DNA of 51,832 nt, from the NCBI RefSeq assembly GCF_001194135.2, contig NC_069002.1:17502831-17554662 (forward strand), written 5' to 3'. Below are positions 1 through 11,230 of the stretch, one piece after another (within the stretch, counting starts at the first letter, position 1; every line of letters begins with the position of its first letter). This stretch comes from Octopus bimaculoides (lineage: Eukaryota). A program made the translations under genes and the position numbers. The notes beneath the pieces were generated by a model that was not told where the DNA came from, ran no database searches, and was given only the letters and a program-made list of their open reading frames with translations.

Positions 1-247
1 CTATCGGTATAGTGGTCATTTGCAAACTCCAGAGGCGACACTTTCATTTCCCTTTACTCCAAACGTCACACGTTGTTATTTCAATTGGGTCATGCCCTTC
101 CAATTGCTATAGATCCGTAATGCATCTTACAGCTGTGCCTGTCACCTGTATGGTGAGGAATCCTACATGTATTGGGAATGTGTGTGTGTGTGTCTGTCTG
201 TCTGTCTGTGTGAATCCCTAACCCGGGCAACGCCGGGTATTTCTGCT

Positions 248-249
<2 letters not shown>
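1..249 (+). mobile_element. 3' end of a non-autonomous Helitron
   Basis: Hairpin ACCCGG-gcaacg-CCGGGT (221-238), then CTAG (246-249) followed by T: the canonical Helitron 3' terminus. An internal (TG)n/(TCTG)n tract precedes it; the 5' end lies outside the window. Confidence 0.75.
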
Positions 250-286
<37 letters not shown>

Positions 287-289
287 TTG

Positions 290-657
290 TGTGTGTACAC
301 CTTTGTCTGTGTTTGTATCCCCACTATCGCTTGACTATGAATGTTGGTGTGCTTATGTCCCCATAACTTAGCAGTTTGGCAAAAGGGACTGAAAGAATAA
401 GTAGTAGGCTTACAAAGAATAAGTCCTGGGGTTGATTTCTTCAACTAAAAAAACCCATAAGGCAGTGCTCCAGCATGGCTACAGTCAAATGACTGAGACA
501 AGTAAAAGAATAAATGAATAAATAAAAAGGTGCAGGCATGGCTGTGTGGCAAGAACTTTACTTCTCAACCCCATGGTTCCAAGTTCAGTCCCACTGCATG
601 GAACCTTGGGCTGACCAAAGCCTAATAACTGAAACAGATACAAGACTAAAGATTAAA
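290..657 (+). mobile_element. tRNA-derived SINE family A: a 3' half followed by a head fragment
   Basis: Tail gctccagcatggctacagtcaaatgactgagacaagtaaaaga and head ggctgtgtggcaagaac...ggttccaagttcagtcccactgc, both recurring throughout the window. Confidence 0.8.
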
Positions 658-1514
658 AAAAAAAAAAAACATCTGTTCAATTATTCTGGATCTCTGTATT
701 AAATTTACTTATCAAAAGGCAGTTTAGATTTCCAATGGGGGAAAATATAATCTGCATGCCTGTTTCTTTATATGAATAGCAACAAGGATTGCTGCTTGAT
801 TGCTGTCTATAGTAATACATAATAATAATGTACAAGAGAAAGGAATGATAAATAAGTTGAGAGAGAGAGAGAGAAAGAAAGAGCAATGAGACAGAGGGAG
901 GAGTGCATGCATTAGCAGGCAAATACAACAGAGTTAGTGACCTAATAATGTTGGTTGGATATGAATGCGGCGGTGTACATGTTAGAGACGAGTGCAGTGG
1001 TGTACATACAGCTGAGACAGATGATTAATATCAACACGAAAACAATACAATGCACATGTTTACGTCAATGTCTTTCATTAAACAACAATATAACAATGTT
1101 GTTTATCATAAGAAAAGATTACTATTCTAATGGCATTTGAGTGGGTGCAGATGGTAGAGAGAAACAGATGAACTGATGTTAAGCTCAGATGAACAAGCAG
1201 ACCTACAATCAAAGGCATTCCAACCATAGCCATCCAGCCTTCATTTCAGGTAGTGGTATATATAGGATTATAATACCAATATGTCCTTCCATTTCTTTTA
1301 AAGATGGTATGGTAAAATTTAAAGGAGATTCAGCTGTTATCTCTTGTAGATCAAGCAGCCATGTAGATATTTCCTTGTTGGTTCATCAGATTAAATGTTG
1401 TCTAGGATGATGAAATAGGAAGTTGTGACATTCACACTTTTCCCAAAAGCAGTTAACACAATGTCAACTGTTTATCTTAGTGAAGACAATAATGACAATA
1501 ATTTTTAGAATTAG

Positions 1515-1893
1515 CATGACTGTGTGGTAAGAAGCTTGTTTCCTAACCATCTGGTTCTGGGTTCAGTCCTACAGTGTAGAACCTTGGACAATTGTCTTCT
1601 ACTACAACCCCAGGTCAACAAAAGCCTAGTGAGTGGATTTGGAAGACAAAACCTGAAAGAAGCCTAGTGTGTGTGTGTNNNNNNNNNNGTGAGTATTTTC
1701 CCCACCACTGCTTGGCAGCTAGTGTTGGTGTGCTTACATCCCTGTAACTTAGCGGTTCAGTAAAAAAGACTGATAGAATAAGTATCAGGTTTAAGAAATA
1801 AAAAGTACTGAGGTCAATTCATTCAGCTAAAACTTCTTCAAAGCGGGTGCCCCAGCATGGCCACAGTCTAATGACTGAAACAAGTAAAAGATA
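1515..1893 (+). mobile_element. SINE family A, near full length
   Basis: tRNA-like head, internal (GT)n containing a 10-N gap, and tail gactgaaacaagtaaaaga. Confidence 0.8.
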
Positions 1894-2291
1894 AAGGATT
1901 GGTAAGTTCCACAAATGTGAGGAGGAAGAGGATAGAGTAAATTTTGAACCCCATTCCCACAGTACTTTTTTGACTGGTGCTTTATGTTATCAGTAACCCA
2001 GAAGGATCCAAGACTAAACTGATCTGAGCAGGACTGACTTTGCCATTGTTTTCATTTCAGGGTTTATTACCAATGCAGGATTCAGATGTAATCTAAAAAG
2101 GCTATGGCTAAAAGCATCACAAACTGCAGAGGCCTCAAATTAAATAAAAGGTGCGTGTTTACATCATCATCAACAAGATTCTTTCTAAGAAACTTCCATG
2201 AGAATATTCTGGAGTAGCTGCTCAGTTAGTAGGGTGTGTGGACTGCTCAAGGCAATATTTAAGGGTGGTGAAGAGAGAAGCATATGTTTAA

Positions 2292-2510
2292 TCCTTTAGC
2301 ATTCAAACCAGCCATAGCTGGCCTAAACAGTCAACCAGTTTAATATAAAACTGGCCAGATCTTATCTTTCACACCTATCCTACAATGTCTTTCTAAAATT
2401 AAGCAATCACGTCATGAAAATGTCTTAGTTACAAGGTAATGCATGATTAATTCAAAACAATGTGAATAAATAAGCATTACATTTGAGAGAGTAATCTGAA
2501 TGCTAAAGGG
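2292..2510. mobile_element. piggyBac-type MITE (~219 bp)
   Basis: TTAA on both sides (2288-2291, 2511-2514); termini tcctttagcattca / tgaatgctaaaggg. A second copy lies in opposite orientation at 45527-45744. Confidence 0.8.
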
Positions 2511-2879
2511 TTAAGACATGTTACATATAAGGAACAGAGTGGCCAAAACCCATGCCACTGTATTCGGTCACCACAAATTCACACAATGCTGGGTTGTATC
2601 AAACCAAATTACAATGTTGTATATACTTGTCAAAACATTTGACAGTGAAAATATGAACAACGAAAAACGAAAAAGTAATAAGCAAAAATATAAATGAAAG
2701 AGAGAAAGAGAGAGGAGAAAAAAAATCTGATAACTTCAGTAGAAATATTTACTAACTTTATCTAAGACATGACATAACATTTTTTTTCTCATTAGATAAC
2801 AAAAGTGACATCCCAAAATGTCAAACATCCTATCACTGCTGTTGTTTATTATTCCTGTCTGTATAATGTTACAATGGAT

Positions 2880-3880
2880 GCCTTCAAGCTTTTTACATTC
2901 TAAGTCCAAATCCTACTGAGGTTAGCTCTGCCATTCATCCTTCCCAAGTTCATAAAATAAAGTACCAGTCAAGTACTGAGGTAAATGGTAACAACTAACC
3001 CCACATCCCCTCAAAATTATTGCTCATGTACAGCAATCATAAACCATTGATCATGTCTATATTTTTAACTGATGTTTTTGTTTAGCTCCATGTCTGAGTT
3101 GATTACGAGGCCCCATGATCAAAGGTACTCAATACAAGGCCATCTTGTCTCATTTTTCTTTTTTTAGTCATTATATCTAGTACTGAACTCTGCAATGCAT
3201 CTTTCTCCCTCTGCTTTGTTTAGTCAATAACTAGAGCATGATAAAAAAAGATTTGGTTACTATTTCTGGCAAATCATGCAATCACAGAGGATCACATGTT
3301 CTCTCGTGATAACCTATATAAGGAAATGATGAAATCTATAACAACAGATATGAAAGGTCAATGTTATTTGTTGAATTATTATTATAATTATCATTAAGAC
3401 AGTGAGCTGGCAGAACCATTGGCATACAAGGCAAAATGCTTAGCAGCATTTTGCTCATTTTTACGTTTTGAATTCAAATCCCACCAAAGGTTACTTTGCC
3501 TTTCATCCTTTCGGGGTCGATGAAATAAGCACCAGTTACACACTGGGGTTGATGTAATAGACGAGACCCCCTCCTCAAAATTTCATGCCTTGTGCCTATT
3601 GTAGAAAGGATTATTTATTTAATAAGGATTATTTAATATTAAGGATTATTTTAATAACAATTATTAAGCTGGTGACCTAGCAGAATCGTTAGCATGCCAA
3701 GCAAAACACTTAGTGGTATTTTGTCCATTTTTACATTCTAAGTTCAAATTCCGCCAAGGTTAACTTTGCCTTTCATCCTTTTGGAGTTGATAAAATAAGT
3801 ACCAGTGGAGCACCAGGGTTGATGTGATCAGCTTAACCCCTCAATTGAATTTACTGGCCTTGTGCCAAAAATTTGAAACC
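2880..3880 (+). mobile_element. Three decayed copies of SINE family B (Meta-domain-like core)
   Basis: Core tttgcctttcatcctttcggggtcgat(g/a)aaataagcaccag at ~2880-3040, 3400-3610 and 3668-3880, with a family E repeat between. The Meta-domain assignment is from memory. Confidence 0.7.
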
Positions 3881-4400
3881 ATTTTATAATAACTCTGCTT
3901 GTTCCTCGTTTCATGTGATCAGTTGAAGGGAAAGGCAAAGAGTGAAAGAAAAAGGAGAGAAAAAAAGAGGGTAAGGCAAAGAGTGAGAGAGAGAGAGAGG
4001 GAGACTGCTGTGTATTATGTCTATGAAATTGTGCATAATGTATATAAAGTGTATATATAAAGTGCATTAAGTAATCATTGTATTCCAATTTCCTTCACTT
4101 TTCAATGATTAGTAGATGAGCGACTATCTTTTGATACAGACACAACACAGGCCATGCTTTCAGGAGTTTTCAGAAATAACCCAATTAGTTTACTATTAAT
4201 GCCATGAAATATTCATGGGTCCCACTAGTTATTCTAATTATTACAAGGGATGGCAGATTGGCAGAACTGAGAGAGCATCAGACAAAAATGTTGTGCTGTA
4301 TTTAGTCCCAGTGCTTTGTTCTGATTTCAACTTCACTTTTCCTCTTTTCAAGGTTCGATAAAACATGGTATGGAGGTCAGAGTAAATGCAAGGCTTTGTA

Positions 4401-5640
4401 CAGGGTGGGGCAGAGAGGATGGACGTTTTTGAAATGGCTACTAGTCAGCCCCAGGGGGAGGGACATATGTCCGACAAGTACTATTCGGTCCATGGTGTCT
4501 TAGCATTTTTTTTCTTTTCAGGTGAAGCCATGGTGCTGTGGATGATAGAGCATTGCATGTTTGCCTATGACAGTTACATGAAGAATAACAAGTCTGTCAT
4601 AGCAGTTCGGCATGAGTTTCAGAGTCACTTCAACATTCACCAAAACCAGACTGTTCCCACCCATAACACAATCTTATGTTGGGTGAATGCACCACAAATG
4701 GTACGGACTCCAGAAAATGTGGAATACGTCAGACGAGCTTTGATATGGAGTCTGAATCAATCTGCTTGGAAGCATTCCACTGAACTTAGCATTGGTAATC
4801 GATCAGTAAGGCGTATTTTGCATGACGAACTGCATTTCCACCTGTAGAAATCGGTCAATGGGCAACAGTTGAAACCATGGGACTATGTACAGTAGCTTAA
4901 CTTCACACGTCAGATGGAAGCAATTTTTGAGGCAAATGACAACCTCATTTTGTTAACGAGTGATGAAGCTCATTTTCATGTTATTAGCCTCTTGAAAATC
5001 CAAGAAAACTGCACAGCCCAAAAGTGATGGTCTGGTGTGCTGTTGGAAGTGCTGCTGTCATTGGTCCTTACTTTTTTTAAGACAATAGTGGAAATGCTGC
5101 TACTGTAAACTCCGAGCGTTACATCGAGATAATAAACTTCTTTGTGCCTGAATTACAACAAAAACGTATACCTATTTGACGTGTGTGGTATCAGTAGAAT
5201 GGGGTGACGGCTCACACAGCCAGAGCATCAAATGGATGTTCATCGCCCCCTCTTCGGTCAATGCCTCATTTCCAGGTTTGGTGACATTCCTTGGCCCCAC
5301 TCAGTCTCTTGATTTGTTCATGTGTGATTATTTCTTGTGGGGAAACCTCAAGGCATGTGTGTATGTACACAAGCCCTGTACATTGATGATTTTAAAGAAG
5401 CTATTCACGTGGAAGTCGCCCAAATCAAGAGATCAATGCTGGAGAAAGTGGAGGCCAACTTCCAAGAACGCCTTCAGAAATGCATCAATGAAAATGGACA
5501 CCACATGATGGAGGTTGTTTTCCACACTTGATTTTGACGAATGCTAATTCAATATGAACACATTGATGTCAATAAAGTTTGTTTGCAGCTAAAATTAATG
5601 ATTTTGTGAATTTTTCAAAAACATCTGTCCTCTCTGCCTG
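4401..5640 (+). mobile_element. Degenerate full-length Tc1/mariner transposon, DD41D (rosa/Visitor)-type
   Basis: TA at 4399-4400 and 5641-5642; TIRs cagggtggggcagagaggatggacgtttttgaaa / tttcaaaaacatctgtcctctctgcctg (6-bp deletion on the right). N-terminal HTH (FAYDSYMKNNKSVIAVRHEF), LTSDEAHF, Q*NGVTAHTARAS...GDIPWP...DLFMCDYFLWGNLK; frameshifts and stops present. Confidence 0.85.
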
Positions 5641-5782
5641 TACATATGAGGCTTTGTACATATGTAAGAAATCATTAAAATTATTATAATCAGTGGTTAA
5701 ATCTTGTGACATCAAAAGAGAGAAAAACTGGAATTCTGGCATTCTTTCAGAAGTTTCCTCCTCCCTCAAGGGTATGACAATG

Positions 5783-5856
5783 TATAGGTATTATATAGGG
5801 CCAACTAAACATTTCAAAAACAGATTTACAGCACATGAATATGATATTAGAAACAA
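5783..5856 (+). pseudogene. Possible GIY-YIG endonuclease fragment (Penelope-like)
   Basis: YRYYIGPTKHFKNRFTAHEYDIRN fits the YIGxT..R...H pattern, but it is short and no upstream GIY half is visible. Confidence 0.35.
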
Positions 5857-6309
5857 ACAAAAAAAAAATAATGCATTCAATGTTGTCAGCCCCAGCATGA
5901 GATCTAAGTAGTAACTATATTGCATAGTAGAATCTATTTGCTAACGTAAGGTGGCAGTCCTGTGTAGGACTACATTACTACCTTTTAACTCCAGGAAAAC
6001 ATCTTTTCCAGCTGGTCATTGACAAACAATCTAGCTGTATTACTCATTATAAGATCAGTGACTGTTTGTCACTTCTATATTTATATACTGTGAGTAGGGT
6101 CAAATAAGCTGCTATCTCTCGCCGGCAGTTGTCCAGCACCGAGGACAGGAAATTACCCAGAAAGAATTAGTCTCTTGGTATTGCTAGTGGCTAGGAGGGA
6201 GTAGTACACTCCCTTACAGTATATTTCAGAGACAGATCATGTATCGATATTAAGATAGTATGGGCTGTGGTTGGAGGTGGAGTTGAAGCAATCATGCCAC
6301 TTATAAATC

Positions 6310-6610
6310 ACTTGTATTGGTGCCATATAAGAAGCACCTTGCTGATGTCATGTAAAAAACACCCATGTTGGTGCCATGTATGAAACACCCATGCTGGTGT
6401 CACGTATAAAGTACTGGAACTGGTGCCACATAAAAAGTACCCAGTACACACGGTAAGGATGTTGGTGTTAGGATGGGCATCCAGTCATAGAAACTATTCC
6501 AAAACAGACGACTGGGGTCTGATGCCGCCCTCCAGCTTGCCTGCTCCTGTCAAACCATCCAACCCATGCCAGCATGGAAAATGGACATTAAATGATGATA
6601 ATGATGGTGA
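6310..6610 (+). mobile_element. SINE family C (RTE-type 3' tail)
   Basis: ttggtgttaggatgggcatccag...catgccagcatggaaaatggacattaaatgatgat, preceded by short gtgcca subrepeats. Confidence 0.75.
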
Positions 6611-7499
6611 AAGGTGAAGTCAAAGACAACCAGTTCTAAAGGGAAGTAACCAAGATAAATCAAAATACCATAAGGTATTTTCATTTGACATACCGATACA
6701 TACATCTAAAAGCCTTACATATAGTTCCCATCTACTATATTTCACTTAAAAGACTAATCCAACTCTATGGTAAAAACAGCCACAGAATTTCGATCATATT
6801 TAGGATCACATAGTTGCAATGCAAATTTCATACCCCACTTTTAGAAGCACTGGTCTAGAACTAATACCAAAGTTCAGAATAACCATGATGGAAACTTCAA
6901 AGCTTTGGATATGTTTTTCTCACTTGAATAGAACTACCAATAATAATGGTAGTTTTGGAAACACCAACTCATCGCTCTCCTTACAATTGCAACAAGCAAT
7001 TCTAAAAATGCCTATTCATTTGAATGATTACAAGTCTTAATGATAAACAATGGCTCTGTGTCTTTGTTATGCTTTGTGTTATTAAATACAAGGTTTTGTT
7101 TTACTTGTGAATTACTGCTCTTTCTTTTGTTGTGCAGTGAATACAACAGCATTAAACATTCTGTACTGTTTTATAGTGTTATGCTAATCGCAAAAAGTAG
7201 AATTATTAGATCACAAGAGTCTCATGCAACTCACATACTTGCTACTTATTTCAAAAGTGTATCTAAAATATGACACTATTCCCTGCGCCTCAATTTACAT
7301 TGGAATCATCCACTAAAGATGGTAAATTCCTCATAAAATATTCGGTTTACCCTAATATTTTATTTTTATGGGAAACTAATTTTTCTGTCTTTTGTCATGA
7401 AATTACTCTGTTCTAAAGTAGCATTACATACAAACAACTAAGTTGTGTCACAACAGGGCACAGGGTAGTTAGCAGAATAACATAAGTGACAAACAATAA

Positions 7500-8160
7500 G
7501 GATCATCCTGGAAGCCCATGCAATACGCATCAGCATTTTCAGGATGCCATGGCAACAGTAACTCAATTCGGTGAATGCGATCTGTACCTGACTTACACAT
7601 GCAACCCAAAATGTGCAGAAATTGTAAATAACAGCCAAAAAGAAACTTGAAAATTGCCCTGATTTAGTTACAAAATTCAACTCTCAGAACTTCTGACTGA
7701 TTTCAGAAAAAGGCATGTTCTTGGCATCCCTGTAGCTCATGTATATATGTTAGAGAATTTCAAAAACAAGGCTTGCCACTTTGTCATATGCTTATAATTC
7801 TGAGAAATGAGTTCAAAATAGGAAACAGCGAAGATAATGAGAGGTTAGAGTCTGCAGAGATACCAGATGGGAATGAAAACAGAACTTTGCATGAGATTGT
7901 GAAGAAGTTTATGATACAAGGTCCAGGTGGCACTGAGAACCTCTCCTCTCCCTGCATGGGAAATGGAATATGCTCAAAGAAGTTACCCAAATCACTCCAG
8001 CAAGAAACAAAATGCAACATGCATGGCTATCCTGAATATCACAGGTGCAACAATATATTCATTTCAAGGTAAGAAATTATATGTCTCATTCACAACGATT
8101 GTGAGGCATTACTGGTTTCCTTCGATGTTATTAATCTTGTTGAGAAAAACTTGTGGTTAG
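7500..8160 (+). mobile_element. Helitron Rep (HUH) domain fragment, pseudogenised
   Basis: PGSP..HFQDAMATVTQFGECDLYLTYTCNP; EFQKQGLPLCHMLIIL (decayed HUH motif); SAEIPD...LHEIVKKFMIQGPGG..NLSSPCMGNGICSKKLPK...GYPEYHR. Confidence 0.9.
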
Positions 8161-8387
8161 AAAATGGGACTACGTCGGATTACTTATTTAGAAGTTTTGG
8201 CCCATAGGATTTAAGGATAAAGTATGATTCCCTTACACACAATTTATATTTATTCATATTAACACTAAAGTGGTGAGCTTTGGACAAGACCGACCATTCG
8301 AGATGGTAACTCACATTCTCCCTCTTCAAATTATGTATATGGGAGGCCAACATATATATATATATATATATATATATCATAAATATA

Positions 8388-8590
8388 CAGGGATTAGCAT
8401 TGAGTTGCTTCTCCAACATACTGAAAATTTAGAAATAGCAGTCAAAAAACTACTGATTCTAAACTACAAATTTTTCTCTAAATGGATGGCGATATTTATG
8501 AGAAAAATTTGTAGTTTAGAATCAGTAGTTTTTTGACTGCTATTTCTAAATTTTCAGTATGTTGGAGAAGCAACTCAATGCTAATCCCTG
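8388..8590. mobile_element. Foldback MITE with identical 91-bp inverted arms
   Basis: Arms 8388-8478 and 8500-8590 read as exact reverse complements around a 21-nt spacer; CAGGG/CCCTG termini with TA flanks. Confidence 0.85.
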
Positions 8591-8732
8591 TATATTTACG
8601 ATGATAAATGATTTTACCGATAAAGGTTTTTTTTCATACTGAACTACTTGGCAAAATTGTTAATTATTAATTCTATTACTAATTGACGATTCCCTGCCCT
8701 TATTCTTGTATATATATATATATATATATATC

Positions 8733-8890
8733 GTATCGTTGTTTAACGTCTGCTTTCCATGCTAGCATGGGTTGGACGATTTGACTGAGGACTGGTGGAC
8801 CAGGAGGCGACACCAGGCTCCAATCTGATTTGGCAGAGTTTCTACAGCTGGATGCCCTTCCTAACGCCAACCACTCCGAGAGTGTGGGTG
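8733..8890 (-). mobile_element. SINE family C 3' part
   Basis: gtttaacgtctgctttccatgctagcatggg...ggatgcccttcctaacgccaacc. Confidence 0.8.
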
Positions 8891-8962
8891 CAGAGATACC
8901 ATGGTGGAGTTAAAATATCTGGCATTCAAGAATATGTATATAATATTCTATTCTTTTATTTG

Positions 8963-9259
8963 TTTCAGTCATTTGACCGTGGCCATGCTGGTGCACTGCC
9001 TTTAGTCAAACAAATCAATCCCAAGATTTGTTCTTTGTAAGCCTAGTACTTATTCTATCGATCTCTTTTGCCAAACCGCTAAGTTACAAAGATGTAAACA
9101 CACCAACATCGGTTCTCAAGCGATGGTGAGGGGACAAACACAGACACACAAACATATACATATATATGATGGGCTTCTTTCAGTTTCCGTCTGGCAAATC
9201 CACTCACAAGGCTTTGGACAGTCTGAAGCTATAGTAGAAGACATTTGCCCAAGGTGCCA
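8963..9259 (-). mobile_element. SINE family A, truncated where it meets a mariner fragment
   Basis: Reverse tail tttgtttcagtcatttgacc through tttgcccaaggtgccac. Confidence 0.8.
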
Positions 9260-9924
9260 CTCAGACAGCTCGAAACATCAATGAGGTGTTTGGTGAAGAT
9301 GTGGCGAATGAGTGCAGTGTACGTCGCAGATTTGAAAAGTTCCAGTCTGGTGACTTTACTGTTGCAAGGTGGATAATGATGAGCTGGAAACTGTAATGGA
9401 AGCGGATACATCTCAAACTATGCGTGAGTTCCCAGCAAGGTTTGATGTTTCGATTCCAACTGTATTGGATCATCTGAAACAAACTGGCATGGTAAAGAAG
9501 CTGGACAAGTGGTTACCACATGAACTGAACGAGCGCCAAATGACACGTTGTCTTGAAACTTGCTGTTCTTTGCTGCCATAGCATAAAAGCGAACCATTTT
9601 TGCATCGTATTGTTACGTGATGAAAAATGGATTCTTTTCAGCAATAGCAAGCGTTCTGCACGGTGGTTGGATAGAGATGAAATGGTAAAACACAATCTAA
9701 AAAAAGAATATTCACCAAAAAAAGCCAATGGTGTCTGTTTGGTGGTCCAATGCTTCATGAGAGCTGGTAAGTGAATTACAGCAGATATATACATCAGCAA
9801 TTTGGATGAAATGATGAGTGAACTTGCAATTAAACAACCGCAATTGGTCAATAGATGCAGGCCAATTCTCTTGCAAGACAATGCTCAACCACATGTTGCA
9901 CAAAGAACGCTACTCAAGTTACAT

Positions 9925-9925
<1 letters not shown>
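9260..9925 (+). mobile_element. Internal fragment of a mariner (DD34D, Hsmar1/SETMAR-like) transposase
   Basis: QTARNINEVFGEDVANECSVRRRFEKFQSGDF; LKQTGMVKKLDKWLPHELNE; FLHRIVT*DEKWILF; ILLQDNAQPHVAQ. No TIRs seen. Confidence 0.85.
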
Positions 9926-9968
<43 letters not shown>

Positions 9969-10004
9969 CACATGCCCAAAGAGAGGCAGCTTAATGCTGG
10001 GACA

Positions 10005-10312
10005 ATAGTAGAAGCCCATAATGGTTACGGTGGGACTGAATCGGAAACACATGGTTAGGAAGCAAACTTCTAAACCACGAAGCCACGCCAGCATCTATTC
10101 TGTCTATACTGTCATTGAAATGATATTCATCTTTTGATGATGAGGACACATGGCCTAGTGGTTAGGGTATTGCACTCATGATTGTGAGATCATGGTTTCA
10201 ATTCCTAGGCTGGGTAGTGCATTGTATTCTTGAGCAAAACACTTCATCTCACGTTGCTTGGTGATCACTTTGACATTTGACGCATGATACACCTTGCACC
10301 TATTCAGGTAAT
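10005..10312. repeat. Copy 1 of a locally duplicated head-to-head SINE A / SINE D block
   Basis: Shares the spacer gcatctattctg..tatactgtcatt.aaatgatatt.atcttttgatgatgagga and the same SINE deletion with 11231-11530. Confidence 0.8.
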
Positions 10313-11230
10313 GTCAAGAAGTGAATGGAGCAGAACAGATTTCTTGTTGTTGAGGGGCCATATGTCTACTCACATTTTAGAAGAGAGAGTATAGGTGGTA
10401 ATTAGAGATAGAAGTAGCAGCAATGAAGTGTCTGTGTGGACCCTAAAGGTATGAGGTGAGTAAAAGTGAATGGGGGCTGAAGATCCAGGCATGTGGGTGG
10501 AGTTGCAAGAGTGTATAGGAGAGGGAGTGATAGGGAATGGGTAAGGCAGTGAATATTAGGAAAGAAGAACAAGTGTTGAGTTGACAAGTAAGGAAGAGGA
10601 GTAACAATTGTAGAGATTGGGTAGGGCTGAAGAGTTACCACAAATGGAAAATTCCTGAAAGCACTTTGAATGAGTAGCAACCGTAGATGAGCATAAAATG
10701 AATGTGTAGAAAGCAAATGTGACATGTAACAGTTATATGTGGTTGACAACCTGAAATGAAAAGATAATAGACAGATTTGTTATGATGAAGTGAAACTGTT
10801 ACTAGTTCCAAATTTAAATGAATCTATCTTCACAGTTTGTGCAGGTAAGTTGTATTATAAAATACAAATAACAAAATATTTAGATCTAAGATCCTATGCC
10901 CTAGTTGGAGCATTTTAAGATGCACATATACAATCAATACAAAATCCAAAACAGTTCCAGTACCAAAACTTTCAGATAAAGGATTCTCAACTGTATTCCT
11001 GGTACCACAGAGCTGAAGAAATGGTACAGCCAGTACAATCTTAAGGTAGGTACTGTGGGTAATGCAACATCTGGGCCAGGTGGTCATGAGCACATGAATA
11101 ATAAAATTTCCCCATATTTTTCATAAGGATGGGAATCATTTCAATTGTACAGCATCCAAGGCACTTTTTGAACACTGGTGCAGCTTAAACTGTTAGCAAA
11201 AGACTCACATGGCTTTGATCAGCTGAGATG

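Noticed and set aside
2071-2150. Plus-strand exon with good acceptor and donor
   Set aside because: Stops occur in all three frames and the acceptor adjoins a decayed reverse SINE.
4386-5531. ORFs as a host gene
   Set aside because: They are broken frames of the DD41D transposase between TIRs.
6310-6440. CRISPR-like short repeats (gtgcca units)
   Set aside because: They are irregular internal subrepeats of SINE family C in a eukaryotic context, with no uniform spacers or cas genes.
7239-7262. 24-nt minus-strand exon (YTFEISS) extending the short-exon chain
   Set aside because: It is frame-compatible, but similar signals occur often in this AT-rich DNA and it lies beside the Helitron relic.
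10143-10215. tRNA gene
   Set aside because: The A/B-box-like sequence is the head of a SINE and continues into SINE body; the same holds for the other tRNA-like heads.
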